In this document: in pieces, positions 16,651 to 26,208 of the stretch
Layout: each line of letters opens with the position of its first letter
How positions within the stretch are numbered: position 1 is the first letter of the stretch
NCBI GenBank assembly: GCA_021413905.1
Contig: JAIOPO010000001.1
Span: forward strand, 73,159 to 137,158
DNA: 64,000 bases
Reading direction: 5' to 3'
Source of the DNA: Candidatus Nomurabacteria bacterium
Lineage (GTDB): Bacteria > Patescibacteriota > Minisyncoccia > Phycocordibacterales > UBA9973
Position numbers and translations under genes: made by a program
Notes under the pieces: generated by a model
The model's database searches: none
What the model was told of the DNA's origin: nothing
Seen by the model: the letters and a program-made list of their open reading frames with translations, nothing else

Positions 16651-18939
16651 ATTATGCAAAAAATACAATCGGCTGAAAAAGCCAAAGGAGGTTCTCTTTA
16701 TATCTCCGACAATGAAAAACGAGACATCATAAAATACTTGGAGGCAGGAAAACCCCTCCCAGAAAAATATCGCTTTTTACTTTTTAAGGATGACCGTGAG
16801 GTCGAGCTTGTTTGGAATGGAAAAACAAACGAAGTTACGAACGTGGTCCTGCCGTTTCAAGTCATTGAACAAATTGATGAGCCACGAGAAGGCAAAGAGT
16901 TTGGCGATGGTGGAACACTTTTTGATACATCAGGAAAACAAATAACAGGCTGGACCAACAAGCTTATCTGGGGCGACAATAAGCTCATTCTTTCGTCTCT
17001 GAAAAATGGACCTCTCCGAAAGGAAATCGAGGCACAGGGTGGCTTGAAGCTAATTTACATCGACCCGCCTTTTGACGTAGGTGCTGATTTTTCTATGGAC
17101 ATTACGATTGGTGACGACGACGAAGGAGAAAACTTCACGAAGAAACCTTCAGTAATTGAAGAAATCGCTTACAGAGACACTTGGGGTAAAGGAGCTGATA
17201 GCTTTATTTCAATGATATATGAGCGTTTGAAAATAATGTACGATTTACTCGCAGAAGATGCGAGTATCTATGTCCACTGCGACTGGAGAGTGAACGGCTA
17301 TATGAGACTGATTTTGGATGAAGTTTTTGGTAAGGATAATTTTCAAAACGAAATTGTTTGGCAAAGATTTGGTGCTCACAATGATGGAAAAAAATATGGT
17401 GTTGTCACAGATACAATTTTCTATTACAGCAAATCTTCTTCAAGGATTTACAACCAACAAACTGAACCGTACACAGAGGAATACATAAAAGAAAGATTTA
17501 CGATGCAAGACCCCGATGGTCGCCGTTTTTATCCTAACGTTATGACAGGAAAAGGCTCTGGACCTGCAAGAATATTTCGTGGTGTTTTGCTTACTCCTTC
17601 AAAAGGACGACACTGGACATATACCCAAGACGGAATTGACGAGCTTGAAAAACAAAATCGGATTTACTATACAAAAGAAGGAACCCCGTGCTTAAAGCAG
17701 TACTTGGATGAATACCTCGGTAGACCAGTTCAAAACTTATGGAGTGATATTTTTATGACAAAAAGTGGCTCTGAGCTTCTAGGTTACCCGACCCAGAAAC
17801 CTGAGGAGCTACTTACTAGAATAATAAAAACTTCAACTAACGAAGGTGACCTAGTCGCTGATTTTTTCTGTGGTTCAGGAACGACACTTGCCGTTTCAGA
17901 AAAACTTGGCAGAAAATGGGTCGGCTCGGACTTGGGTAAGTTTGGAATACACACTTCACGCAAACGATTGATTGGGGTACAACGTGAGCTTAAAAAACAA
18001 GGAAAAGATTTCAGAGCTTTTGAGATACTCAATGTGGGTAAATATGAAAGAGAGAGCTTCTTAGGAACAAATGATAATTTACGAGCTGAGGAGAAAATTA
18101 AACAAGCAGAAAGAAAAGAACGAGATTTTATAAATCTTATTTTGTCCGCATATAAAGCTGAACCCGTCGAGTCATTCATAAACGTTGTCGGTAAAAAGCG
18201 TGACCGACTCGTCGCCATCGGTCCTATCAATCTGCCCGTGTCGTCCAAGTTCATTCAAGAAATTGTGGCTGAGTGTCGAGAAAAAGGACTTTCAAAAATC
18301 GACGTGCTCGGCTTCGATTACGAAATGGGAATGAACTTTGAAGAATACAAAGACGACGGTATTGACGTTGCATTCAAAATCATTCCCCGTGAAGTATTTG
18401 ATAAGCGAGCAGTTGAACGAGGTCAGGTTAATTTCTATGACGTTGCATATATCAACGTGAAGCCGATAACGCAAGGTAGAGGTAATATAAAAGAACTCTC
18501 AATCGAGCTCACAGATTTTTCTGTTTTCTACAATCAAGATACTGGTGCAATCGACGAAGAACTAAAAGGTGGTAGGTCCAAAGTGATTGTTGAAAATGGT
18601 CAGGTTATAAAAGTCACAAAAGACAAAGATACTGACATCGTTTCAAGAGAAATCCTTACGAAAAAATGGAGCGACTGGATTGATTACTGGGCGGTGGACT
18701 ATGACTTCGCCAATCGAAAAGAAATCATCAAAGTATTGGAGGGCGATGTTGAAAAAGAAGTATGGACGGGCGACTATATTTTTGACAACGAGTGGCAGAG
18801 CTTCCGAACAAAGAAAAATCGAAATCTTGAGTTTGTGTCTGCACCAAAAGAATTACAAAAAGGAGAATACAAAGTTGCGGTAAAGGTCGTCGATATTTTC
18901 GGCAATGACACTACCAGAGTAATTGACGTGAAAATATAA
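16618..18939 (+). CDS. mod: Type III restriction-modification Mod subunit (N6-adenine DNA methyltransferase)
   Basis: 773 aa; catalytic DPPF/DPPY-type motif (LIYIDPPFD), AdoMet-binding FFCGSGTT motif and a long C-terminal extension; the second ATG at 16654 is the more likely start. Confidence 0.85.
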   Translation: MFSVSIKNPPQIMQKIQSAEKAKGGSLYISDNEKRDIIKYLEAGKPLPEKYRFLLFKDDREVELVWNGKTNEVTNVVLPFQVIEQIDEPREGKEFGDGGTLFDTSGKQITGWTNKLIWGDNKLILSSLKNGPLRKEIEAQGGLKLIYIDPPFDVGADFSMDITIGDDDEGENFTKKPSVIEEIAYRDTWGKGADSFISMIYERLKIMYDLLAEDASIYVHCDWRVNGYMRLILDEVFGKDNFQNEIVWQRFGAHNDGKKYGVVTDTIFYYSKSSSRIYNQQTEPYTEEYIKERFTMQDPDGRRFYPNVMTGKGSGPARIFRGVLLTPSKGRHWTYTQDGIDELEKQNRIYYTKEGTPCLKQYLDEYLGRPVQNLWSDIFMTKSGSELLGYPTQKPEELLTRIIKTSTNEGDLVADFFCGSGTTLAVSEKLGRKWVGSDLGKFGIHTSRKRLIGVQRELKKQGKDFRAFEILNVGKYERESFLGTNDNLRAEEKIKQAERKERDFINLILSAYKAEPVESFINVVGKKRDRLVAIGPINLPVSSKFIQEIVAECREKGLSKIDVLGFDYEMGMNFEEYKDDGIDVAFKIIPREVFDKRAVERGQVNFYDVAYINVKPITQGRGNIKELSIELTDFSVFYNQDTGAIDEELKGGRSKVIVENGQVIKVTKDKDTDIVSREILTKKWSDWIDYWAVDYDFANRKEIIKVLEGDVEKEVWTGDYIFDNEWQSFRTKKNRNLEFVSAPKELQKGEYKVAVKVVDIFGNDTTRVIDVKI

Positions 18940-18942
18940 CAT

Positions 18943-21627
18943 ATGGCACTACACAAAGATTTTCCACGGGACCCATACGCAATACTCAATCCTGAAATCA
19001 GGTGGTTTCCTGCCGACGAGGACCTTCGAGAAAAAGGATTTGAAAAGCTTATTCCACCTCTCGTTGCTGAACTCCGTAAAAAAGTGAAAGAATGGCGAGA
19101 CGAAAATTACGAAGGAGCAAGTGAGACATCGAAGACGCTTCTGACGTGGTGGTTCAAAGAAGAACACATCCTCTACAACAAGGACGGCTCGTCATACCCA
19201 TTCAGGTACTACTTCTCGCAAAGAGAGGCTCTGGAGACGGTTGTGTGGCTCTACGAGGTCGCTAAAGTGAAGGATAAGTACGACTTGATACGCTACAATT
19301 CGACGGGCGTTCTCAGTCCTCAAATGTTTACTGAAGAATGGCTCCGATTTGTCATAAAAATGGCGACAGGGGCGGGCAAAACGAAAGTGATGAGTTTGGT
19401 GATTGCGTGGGCTTATTTCCATAAACTTTACGAAGCAGACTCACGCCTCGCAAAAAACTTTTTACTGATTGCTCCGAACGTTATCGTTTTTGAGAGAATA
19501 AAAAATGACTTTGAGGGAAACAAGATATTTTTCTTGGACCCTGTGCTACCTGACAACGGATATATGGGGCAGAATTGGCAGGATGACTTTCAGGTCACTC
19601 TGCATCTTCAGGACGAACTCAGAAATGTATCCGATACAGGAAACATCTTTCTCACCAACATCCATCGAGTTTTTGAAAGTGATGTTCAGGATTTCAGTGC
19701 TGAAGATGAAGATAGTTCAGGATACTTTCTTGGTGACAAGCCTGTATCCAAAACAAGCGACTCGATGGTGGACTTGGGAATGGTCATCCGTGACATCGAC
19801 GAACTCATCGTTATCAACGACGAAGCACATCACATTCACGAAGAAAATGCGTGGCTTAAATCTATCCGTGACATCGACAACAAACTAAAACAGAAAGGTG
19901 GTGGGCTTGCTCTGCAACTGGACGTTACAGCAACACCAAAGAAAAAAGACGGGTCCATTTTCGTGCAGACGATTTCAGACTATCCTTTGGTCGAGGCAAT
20001 CCACCAGCGAGTAGTCAAAAATCCAGTCGTCCCAGACGAAGCGAGTCGTGGCAAATTGAAGCCGAACCAGAGCACGCTTTTCAGCGAAAAATACAGAGAT
20101 TACATCAATCTTGGTGTTGAGGAATGGAAGAAAACATACGTACAGCTTGAGCCGACTGGAAAGAAATCTCTGCTTTTCATAATGACTGACGACACAAAAA
20201 ACTGTGACGAGGTTGCTGAGTATTTGGAAACGAGCTTTGCTGATTTGAAAGGGGCGGTCCTTGTCATTCACACAAATCAAAGTGGAGAAATATCTGAGAG
20301 CACTTCGGGTAAGAAAAAAGAGGAACTTGAACAGCTCCGAAAACAAGCAAATGACATCGACAGTTGGGATAGTCCGTACAAAGCTATCGTCTCCGTTATG
20401 ATGCTCAAAGAAGGTTGGGATGTGAAGAACGTCACCACTATTGTCGGATTGCGTCCTTATGCTTCCGACTCAAAAATCCTCCCAGAACAGACGCTCGGAC
20501 GAGGTTTACGAAGAATGTATTTCGGTAGGGACGATATTGATGAGTACGTCAGTGTCATTGGAACCCCTGCGTTTATGGACTTCGTTGAGTCAATCAAAGG
20601 CGAAGGTGTGCTCCTTGAAAAGCGACTTATGGGTGGCGGTTCAAAGCCGATTTCTCCAATGGTTATCGAAGTAGACAAGGAAAACGAAACGAAGGACATC
20701 GAAAAACTGGATATTGAAATCCCAGTAATGACGGCACGCATACAGCGAGAGTATAAAAATCTCGCAAACTTAGATGTATCGACTTTCGGTAATCAAAAAG
20801 CAAAAGTAAAAACTTTCAGTGAGCAAGAAAAGCGAGAAATCGTTTTCAAAGATGTTGTGGCTGAGGAGGTTCATCACACGACCATTCTCACTGGCGACAT
20901 CGAGCCGAACTATCAGAGCGTTGTCGGCTTCTTCGCTCAGGCAATTATGCGTGAGATGCGATTGTTCGGTTGCTACGACATTTTGTTCGGGAAAGTGAAG
21001 GACTTTGTTGAAAATCATATGTTTGAAAGTAACGTGCAACTCACTGACTTGAATGTCCTTCGTAATCTATCAGAAGTTGAGTACATAAAGCTCATCAAAG
21101 ATGAGTTCAAAAAAGCTATTAACGAACTCACGGTGCAAGACAAGGGAGACACCGAAATCAAGAACTACATCAAGGTGAGCGATGCCCGACCTTTCGTGGT
21201 AAACGACAAGTCATTCCTTATTCCACACAAATCCGTGTTCAACAAAATCGTCGGTGACAGCAATCTTGAGCTTGAGTTTTCTGCCTTTCTTGAAAAATGC
21301 GATGATATTATTTCATACGCAAAAAACTTCCAAAACAAGGAGGCAAACGCCCTTCGTATTGAATACAAGAACAGCGATGGCTTCATCGCTACGTATTATC
21401 CCGATTTCTTCGTGAAGAAAAATGATAAGGAGGTCTTTATCGTTGAAACAAAAGGCAGAGAGGAGGAAGACGATAAAATAAAGTTCGAGCGATTGAAAAA
21501 GTGGTGTGCGGATGTGAACGAACGCCAAAGTCGAGTCGTTTACAAAGCATTATATGTTCAGCAAGAAGACTACGAAAAAAATACAGCCAAAAACTTCGAT
21601 GAACTCGTACGGCTCTTTAGTAAATAG
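18943..21627 (+). CDS. res: Type III restriction enzyme Res subunit (SF2 helicase plus PD-(D/E)xK endonuclease)
   Basis: 894 aa; helicase motif I MATGAGKT, motif II NDEAHH and a C-terminal nuclease YPDFFV...FIVETKG; starts 4 nt after mod. Confidence 0.85.
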   Translation: MALHKDFPRDPYAILNPEIRWFPADEDLREKGFEKLIPPLVAELRKKVKEWRDENYEGASETSKTLLTWWFKEEHILYNKDGSSYPFRYYFSQREALETVVWLYEVAKVKDKYDLIRYNSTGVLSPQMFTEEWLRFVIKMATGAGKTKVMSLVIAWAYFHKLYEADSRLAKNFLLIAPNVIVFERIKNDFEGNKIFFLDPVLPDNGYMGQNWQDDFQVTLHLQDELRNVSDTGNIFLTNIHRVFESDVQDFSAEDEDSSGYFLGDKPVSKTSDSMVDLGMVIRDIDELIVINDEAHHIHEENAWLKSIRDIDNKLKQKGGGLALQLDVTATPKKKDGSIFVQTISDYPLVEAIHQRVVKNPVVPDEASRGKLKPNQSTLFSEKYRDYINLGVEEWKKTYVQLEPTGKKSLLFIMTDDTKNCDEVAEYLETSFADLKGAVLVIHTNQSGEISESTSGKKKEELEQLRKQANDIDSWDSPYKAIVSVMMLKEGWDVKNVTTIVGLRPYASDSKILPEQTLGRGLRRMYFGRDDIDEYVSVIGTPAFMDFVESIKGEGVLLEKRLMGGGSKPISPMVIEVDKENETKDIEKLDIEIPVMTARIQREYKNLANLDVSTFGNQKAKVKTFSEQEKREIVFKDVVAEEVHHTTILTGDIEPNYQSVVGFFAQAIMREMRLFGCYDILFGKVKDFVENHMFESNVQLTDLNVLRNLSEVEYIKLIKDEFKKAINELTVQDKGDTEIKNYIKVSDARPFVVNDKSFLIPHKSVFNKIVGDSNLELEFSAFLEKCDDIISYAKNFQNKEANALRIEYKNSDGFIATYYPDFFVKKNDKEVFIVETKGREEEDDKIKFERLKKWCADVNERQSRVVYKALYVQQEDYEKNTAKNFDELVRLFSK

Positions 21628-21660
21628 TAAATCTGGTGAACTTGTGAACATTGTGACTAT

Positions 21661-21843
21661 ATGGAGCTCTCACAGAACGCACGGGACGACCTCAGAAAGG
21701 TCCTCGTAAATGACATCGGTCCCAAAGCCACGAGCGATATGACTGAGGAGGACTTGGACCACATCGGGTCCTTATTACTGACGGTACTAGCCGAGAGCTT
21801 GAAAATGAAAGCGAATGAAGCAATCAGAACTCAGAAAAAATAG
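21661..21843 (+). CDS. Hypothetical small protein
   Basis: 60-aa ORF in island GC context, downstream of res. Confidence 0.2.
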   Translation: MELSQNARDDLRKVLVNDIGPKATSDMTEEDLDHIGSLLLTVLAESLKMKANEAIRTQKK

Positions 21844-21929
21844 TGACTGGACGGAGGATGAAAAAAGAAATATAGTTGGTTTCTTCGCCTTGCTTTTTAA
21901 GGTTGATAGACGTGTAAATCCACACCTAT

Positions 21930-22529
21930 ATGAAAAAAACAAAAATAGTAATAGACGAGGAAAGAAAGCTCAGAAACATCACTGACTATGTTTTTGATTG
22001 CACTAGCCGTCTCTACGAGCACGCTGATTTGCTTTTGTATCTAGGTAAACATAAAGATGATTTTGTGGAGCCTGTCTCAAAAAATAGTATGTCGATTATT
22101 GTCTCAATTTTCGATGTGTACTCACGAGACGCAATAATAATGCTGAATATCCTTATTGATAAGGACGACAGAACCTCGTCTCTCACGACTCTCGTCAATC
22201 ACGTTACGGACCCGAAGAAACACAAGCGATACCTCGCTCGACTAAAGAAGCTAAAAGCTGAGTTGAACGGGCTTGTTCAAGCGAGAGCAAATCAAGTTGC
22301 TCATTTCAACACCCACAACAACATTCACGAAAATGGATTTATGCAGGTCAATCAAATAATTCAACTCGACCCACGATATTTGAAGCGAATAACGAAGAAA
22401 ATTGAAAACCTGATGTTTGACCTAAAAGAAGAACTCTCCATCGACGGTGCCTTTATTTTTCATAAAGGCGAGCGTCTCGCTCATTCATTTGCTCGACTTA
22501 TCGGTAAGCCGATTAAGCTGAAACCATAA
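21930..22529 (+). CDS. Hypothetical protein (last island gene)
   Basis: 199-aa ORF with island-type GC; no recognisable motif. Confidence 0.35.
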   Translation: MKKTKIVIDEERKLRNITDYVFDCTSRLYEHADLLLYLGKHKDDFVEPVSKNSMSIIVSIFDVYSRDAIIMLNILIDKDDRTSSLTTLVNHVTDPKKHKRYLARLKKLKAELNGLVQARANQVAHFNTHNNIHENGFMQVNQIIQLDPRYLKRITKKIENLMFDLKEELSIDGAFIFHKGERLAHSFARLIGKPIKLKP

Positions 22530-22675
22530 GAGCATTGAGATTTTCTACAGCTAAAGCTATATATTCTCGCTTGTTTACCAGTTCTGAAAGCCATACAATA
22601 GGGTCACCAATTCGTGCTAGCTCGAGAAGCATACAAAAATAGCCTAATTTGAATATGATGTGTTGATATTTATTT

Positions 22676-24169
22676 ATGAACTTTATAAACCTATTATCAA
22701 TATTAGAATCAAAAAATAATTTATCAGATGATTTATTTAATAAGTACTTAGAATACCTAAACGTCAATCTTAAAGATAATGAAAAAGAAGATCTATTAAA
22801 ATTCATAGGAAAGTTATTTGGAGAGTGTCAAATTCCAAATATTTTTGATGGGTACTATATTGGATATAAAATACCGCAGATATCCAAAGAGTTTGATTTA
22901 TTGAAAATCACAGAAAATTCAATTATTAATATTGAATTAAAATCTGGCGCAAGTAATGAAAGTATTAAAAATCAATTAATTAAAAACAGATACTATCTTG
23001 GTTCTCTCCAGAAAGATAATATTTACAATATTGCATATCAATCGAATGAGGATAAGCTTTATATTCTTACTGAGAAGAAAGAATTGGAGGAGTTGGACGT
23101 GGTAGATATGTCAAGAATATTACTATTAGAACCTCCCCTGGAAGTCAATTTAGATTCACTATTTGACCCTTCTGAATTTCTTGTATCACCCTTTAATAAT
23201 ACTGATAGATTTATTAAAGGTGAGTATTTTTTGACAAACCACCAAAAAGAAATTAAGGAGTCTATCGTCAAAATAATTGAGGATAATAAATATGGTGCTT
23301 GTGCTATCTCTGGTAAAGCAGGAACAGGAAAAACTTTACTTGTATATGATATTGTCAAAGAAATGTCACTTAAAAAAAAGGTACTAATAGTACATTGTGG
23401 GAAATTAAGTGACGGACATGAAAAGTTGAGAGATAGACACGAAATAGATTTAATTCCGATAAAATTTTTTTCAGCAGAAAAATTTAGTAAAAAATACAAT
23501 TTAATTATTTTTGACGAAGCTCAAAGAATACGTTCGAAGCAATTGAAGGTAATTTTGGAAAATAAAGAAAAGTCCAATTACTTATTTAGTTATGATAAAA
23601 CACAAACATTAAGTCACCAGGACGGTAAGTATGGTAGCAGGTCTGCGGCTGAGTTATTTGAAGGGATAAAAAATCATTTTAATTTAACTGAAAATATAAG
23701 AAGTAATGCAGAAATATCTTCTTTTATTAAAAGATTTGTTGATAAAAAAGATAATGTATCTCAAAGAAAATATAAAAATATTACAATACAAAATTTTGAA
23801 AAAATTGATTGTGTTGAAGATTATGTAAGTAATCTTGAAGATTGTGGATGGGTGTACATAAGTTATACAAATCTTTTGTACGGAAACTCAATTTACCAGA
23901 CATACAATATTAATTCCAAAACTCCCAAAAATGCCCATGATGTTATCGGACAAGAATTCGATAAAGTCGTTGTGATTGTAGGAGAAAAATTTGCATATAA
24001 AGAAACTGGCGAACTAACTCATCAAGTAACAAATGGCCCTCACTTGCCACACAAGATGCTTTTTCAAGCCATGACAAGAGTGAGAAAAGAACTTAAAATA
24101 GTTATAGTTAACAATCCCGAAATTCTAGAAAGATGTCTTGAGATATTAAGTTCACCTAAAAAAGTATAA
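22676..24169 (+). CDS. SF1-helicase-like/DUF2075-like P-loop NTPase with an N-terminal PD-(D/E)xK (NERD-like) nuclease motif; candidate defence protein
   Basis: 497 aa; Walker A ISGKAGTGKT, Walker B IIFDEAQRI, SF1 motif VI-like DVIGQEFDKVVVIV; N-terminal D...ELK nuclease-like triad (FDLLKI...INIELKS). Confidence 0.5.
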   Translation: MNFINLLSILESKNNLSDDLFNKYLEYLNVNLKDNEKEDLLKFIGKLFGECQIPNIFDGYYIGYKIPQISKEFDLLKITENSIINIELKSGASNESIKNQLIKNRYYLGSLQKDNIYNIAYQSNEDKLYILTEKKELEELDVVDMSRILLLEPPLEVNLDSLFDPSEFLVSPFNNTDRFIKGEYFLTNHQKEIKESIVKIIEDNKYGACAISGKAGTGKTLLVYDIVKEMSLKKKVLIVHCGKLSDGHEKLRDRHEIDLIPIKFFSAEKFSKKYNLIIFDEAQRIRSKQLKVILENKEKSNYLFSYDKTQTLSHQDGKYGSRSAAELFEGIKNHFNLTENIRSNAEISSFIKRFVDKKDNVSQRKYKNITIQNFEKIDCVEDYVSNLEDCGWVYISYTNLLYGNSIYQTYNINSKTPKNAHDVIGQEFDKVVVIVGEKFAYKETGELTHQVTNGPHLPHKMLFQAMTRVRKELKIVIVNNPEILERCLEILSSPKKV

Positions 24170-24343
24170 AGAATATTTCTACTACAGTGTGTTATTTTTC
24201 ACTTACGCACAAGAAGAGTCGTTTTGCTTTATCAGAATTAGCCAAATCGACCTTGTATGGCAATGAATCAAACTAGTTCTATCTGCTGAACGCTCACAAA
24301 GTGAAACGTTCGTACGAGAAGCATATAATTAAGCATTTGAATA

Positions 24344-25180
24344 TTATAAAAACTGCTCTTTCTTTTCTATAGATTTTAAGTTTTCTTCAAAGTTTTCTAA
24401 TAAATCTAATGAATTTAAATCAATATTTTTGAATGCGCTGAAAGCGTCTTTTTCAGATATTTTGTGTGAAATAACACGTGCATTTAATGTCACCACTGAA
24501 AGCAATAAATCAATTGCTTTTTTATTAAAACTTTTATCTTTTTCTAAATTTACTGATTTTAAAAAGTTTTGAAATTTTGGGTTTGAGTATGATTCACTAA
24601 TAAATTCATCCACCGAACTTAAACCATAATAATTATCAATTTCTTCTTTGGAAATATTATTTAATACTGTTTGAAAAAGATGTCGATACTTATTATGTAT
24701 TGGTAACTTGTGGATAGTATTTTTTACTTCAGTGATTGCATAAATCATATTTACACCTGAGGAAATATCTGCACCTCTAAAAACATGATGGAAGAGTTCA
24801 TGAAGTATTGTTGCATAGAAATCTCCAATTTCTGCAACATTCGCATATGTACTATCTATTTGCAATGTTTTTCTTGATGCATTGTATTGTGCCATTGAAT
24901 GATAAAGTTCTCCTTCTTTTAAATCACCCAAGTAATCTATTGATTTAAAAATAACTTTAATATCTTTAAGATTATTTAACCCCTTAATTTTTGAAAAAAC
25001 TTTTTCAAAACCAGCATTAGTTTCAACAGATGATAGTTTATCTATTAACTCCTCTGCATTTTTTACATTTTCGATTCCTAGTATGAATTGTAGTGGTTCA
25101 TAAGGATTATTCTTTATTTCACTAAGAATTCTTTGTTTTTCAAGTCCTTTATTAAAATTGCTCCCATTTTCAAGATTCAT
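24344..25180 (-). CDS. HExxH zinc-metallopeptidase-motif protein, hypothetical
   Basis: 278 aa; single HELFHH motif embedded in ATILHELFHHVF; otherwise no homology recognisable by eye. Confidence 0.4.
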   Translation of the reverse strand: MNLENGSNFNKGLEKQRILSEIKNNPYEPLQFILGIENVKNAEELIDKLSSVETNAGFEKVFSKIKGLNNLKDIKVIFKSIDYLGDLKEGELYHSMAQYNASRKTLQIDSTYANVAEIGDFYATILHELFHHVFRGADISSGVNMIYAITEVKNTIHKLPIHNKYRHLFQTVLNNISKEEIDNYYGLSSVDEFISESYSNPKFQNFLKSVNLEKDKSFNKKAIDLLLSVVTLNARVISHKISEKDAFSAFKNIDLNSLDLLENFEENLKSIEKKEQFL

Positions 25181-25242
25181 ACTTATATTTTATAATATTT
25201 TTGATAAAATAAAAAGTGGTCTTTTTGGGACCACCTTTTTAA

Positions 25243-26115
25243 TTAACCTAAATAATCTCTGAGTTTTTTACTCCTCGAGATATGACGCAAACGCCGTAAA
25301 GCTTTTTCTTTTATTTGGCGGACACGCTCTCGTGTCAAATTGTACATTTCACCAATTTCTTCTAGAGTCATAGTGTGATCTGTTTCTATGCCAAAATACA
25401 TTCTTATTATTTGAGCTTCACGTTCAGTTAATGTTTTTAAAACATTATTTATTTCATGGCAAAGAGATTCGTCGTTTAATTTTTTATCTGGTGTTGGTGA
25501 AGATGTGTTTTCCAAAAATGATAAAAAATTAGTCTCTTCTGTTTCATTAAATGGAGTGTCGATTGAAAAAGTTTTTATTGAACTGTTTAGAATGTCCTCG
25601 ACATTTTCAGTATTGATACCTGAGTCTTTTAATGCCTCAGCCAATTCCTCAAAAGTCGGCTCTTTTCCTATTTTCTGTTCAAGTTGAGCGTTTACTCTCA
25701 TTACTTTGTTGTATTCTCCAATTCTGTTTGCTGGAAGTCTGACCATTCTACCAGTATCATTTATTGCCGTTATGATACTTTGTCGAATCCACCATAGTGC
25801 ATAAGAAATAAATTTAAAACCACGTGTTTCATCAAAACGTTTTACGGCTTTGATTAATCCTAAATTTCCTTCATTGATTAAATCACCAAGACTGAGTCCT
25901 TTGAATTGGTATTGTTTAGCTACAGTAACAACAAATCTAAGATTTGCTTTTGTAAGCTTTTCTTCTGCGACTTCATCTCCGTCTTTTATTCTTTGAGCTA
26001 GCTCGATTTCTTCATCTGCTGTTAATAAATCAATTTTGCTTATGTCTGCAAGATATTTATCAAGAGATGCTGATTCTTTGCTTGTGATCATTTGGGTAAT
26101 CTTTAACTGTCTCAT
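25243..26115 (-). CDS. RNA polymerase sigma-70 family factor (primary-sigma-like, short form)
   Basis: 290 aa; region 2 DLINEGNLGLIKAVKRFD and region 4 TLEEIGEMYNLTRERVRQIKEKALRRLR. Confidence 0.8.
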   Translation of the reverse strand: MRQLKITQMITSKESASLDKYLADISKIDLLTADEEIELAQRIKDGDEVAEEKLTKANLRFVVTVAKQYQFKGLSLGDLINEGNLGLIKAVKRFDETRGFKFISYALWWIRQSIITAINDTGRMVRLPANRIGEYNKVMRVNAQLEQKIGKEPTFEELAEALKDSGINTENVEDILNSSIKTFSIDTPFNETEETNFLSFLENTSSPTPDKKLNDESLCHEINNVLKTLTEREAQIIRMYFGIETDHTMTLEEIGEMYNLTRERVRQIKEKALRRLRHISRSKKLRDYLG

Positions 26116-26208
26116 AACTCTAAATTTAAAATTGTGAAATTTTCAAATTACTAGATAGCAAAAGCTACTCTGTATTAACTCTATATTTTTATATTTTTAA
26201 GTCAAGAA

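Larger units (their letters stand above)
8783..22607. mobile_element. About 13.8-kb integrated genomic island at the tRNA-Glu 3' end carrying a serine recombinase, an excisionase-like HTH protein, a Type III R-M system and an uncharacterised cargo operon
   Basis: Visibly higher GC than the flanking host DNA. The recombinase C-terminus overlaps the tRNA. TAGGGTCAC occurs at the tRNA 3' end (8775-8783) and again at 22599-22607, exactly where AT-rich composition resumes. The island is organised as two divergent operons around about 16150-16230. Confidence 0.6.

Noticed and set aside
17784-18254. 156-aa minus-strand ORF within mod, plus similar ORFs within res (19975-20346, 20457-21528)
   Set aside because: Antisense to mod and res frames that carry definitive motifs
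16618-18939. Looked for homopolymer or short tandem-repeat tracts that would indicate phase-variable mod
   Set aside because: No simple-sequence repeat tract seen in or upstream of mod; regulation, if any, more likely via the upstream inverted repeats
22513-22806. 97-aa minus-strand ORF spanning the island right boundary
   Set aside because: Crosses the compositional junction and the putative attR, and overlaps the start of the 497-aa plus-strand gene; likely spurious
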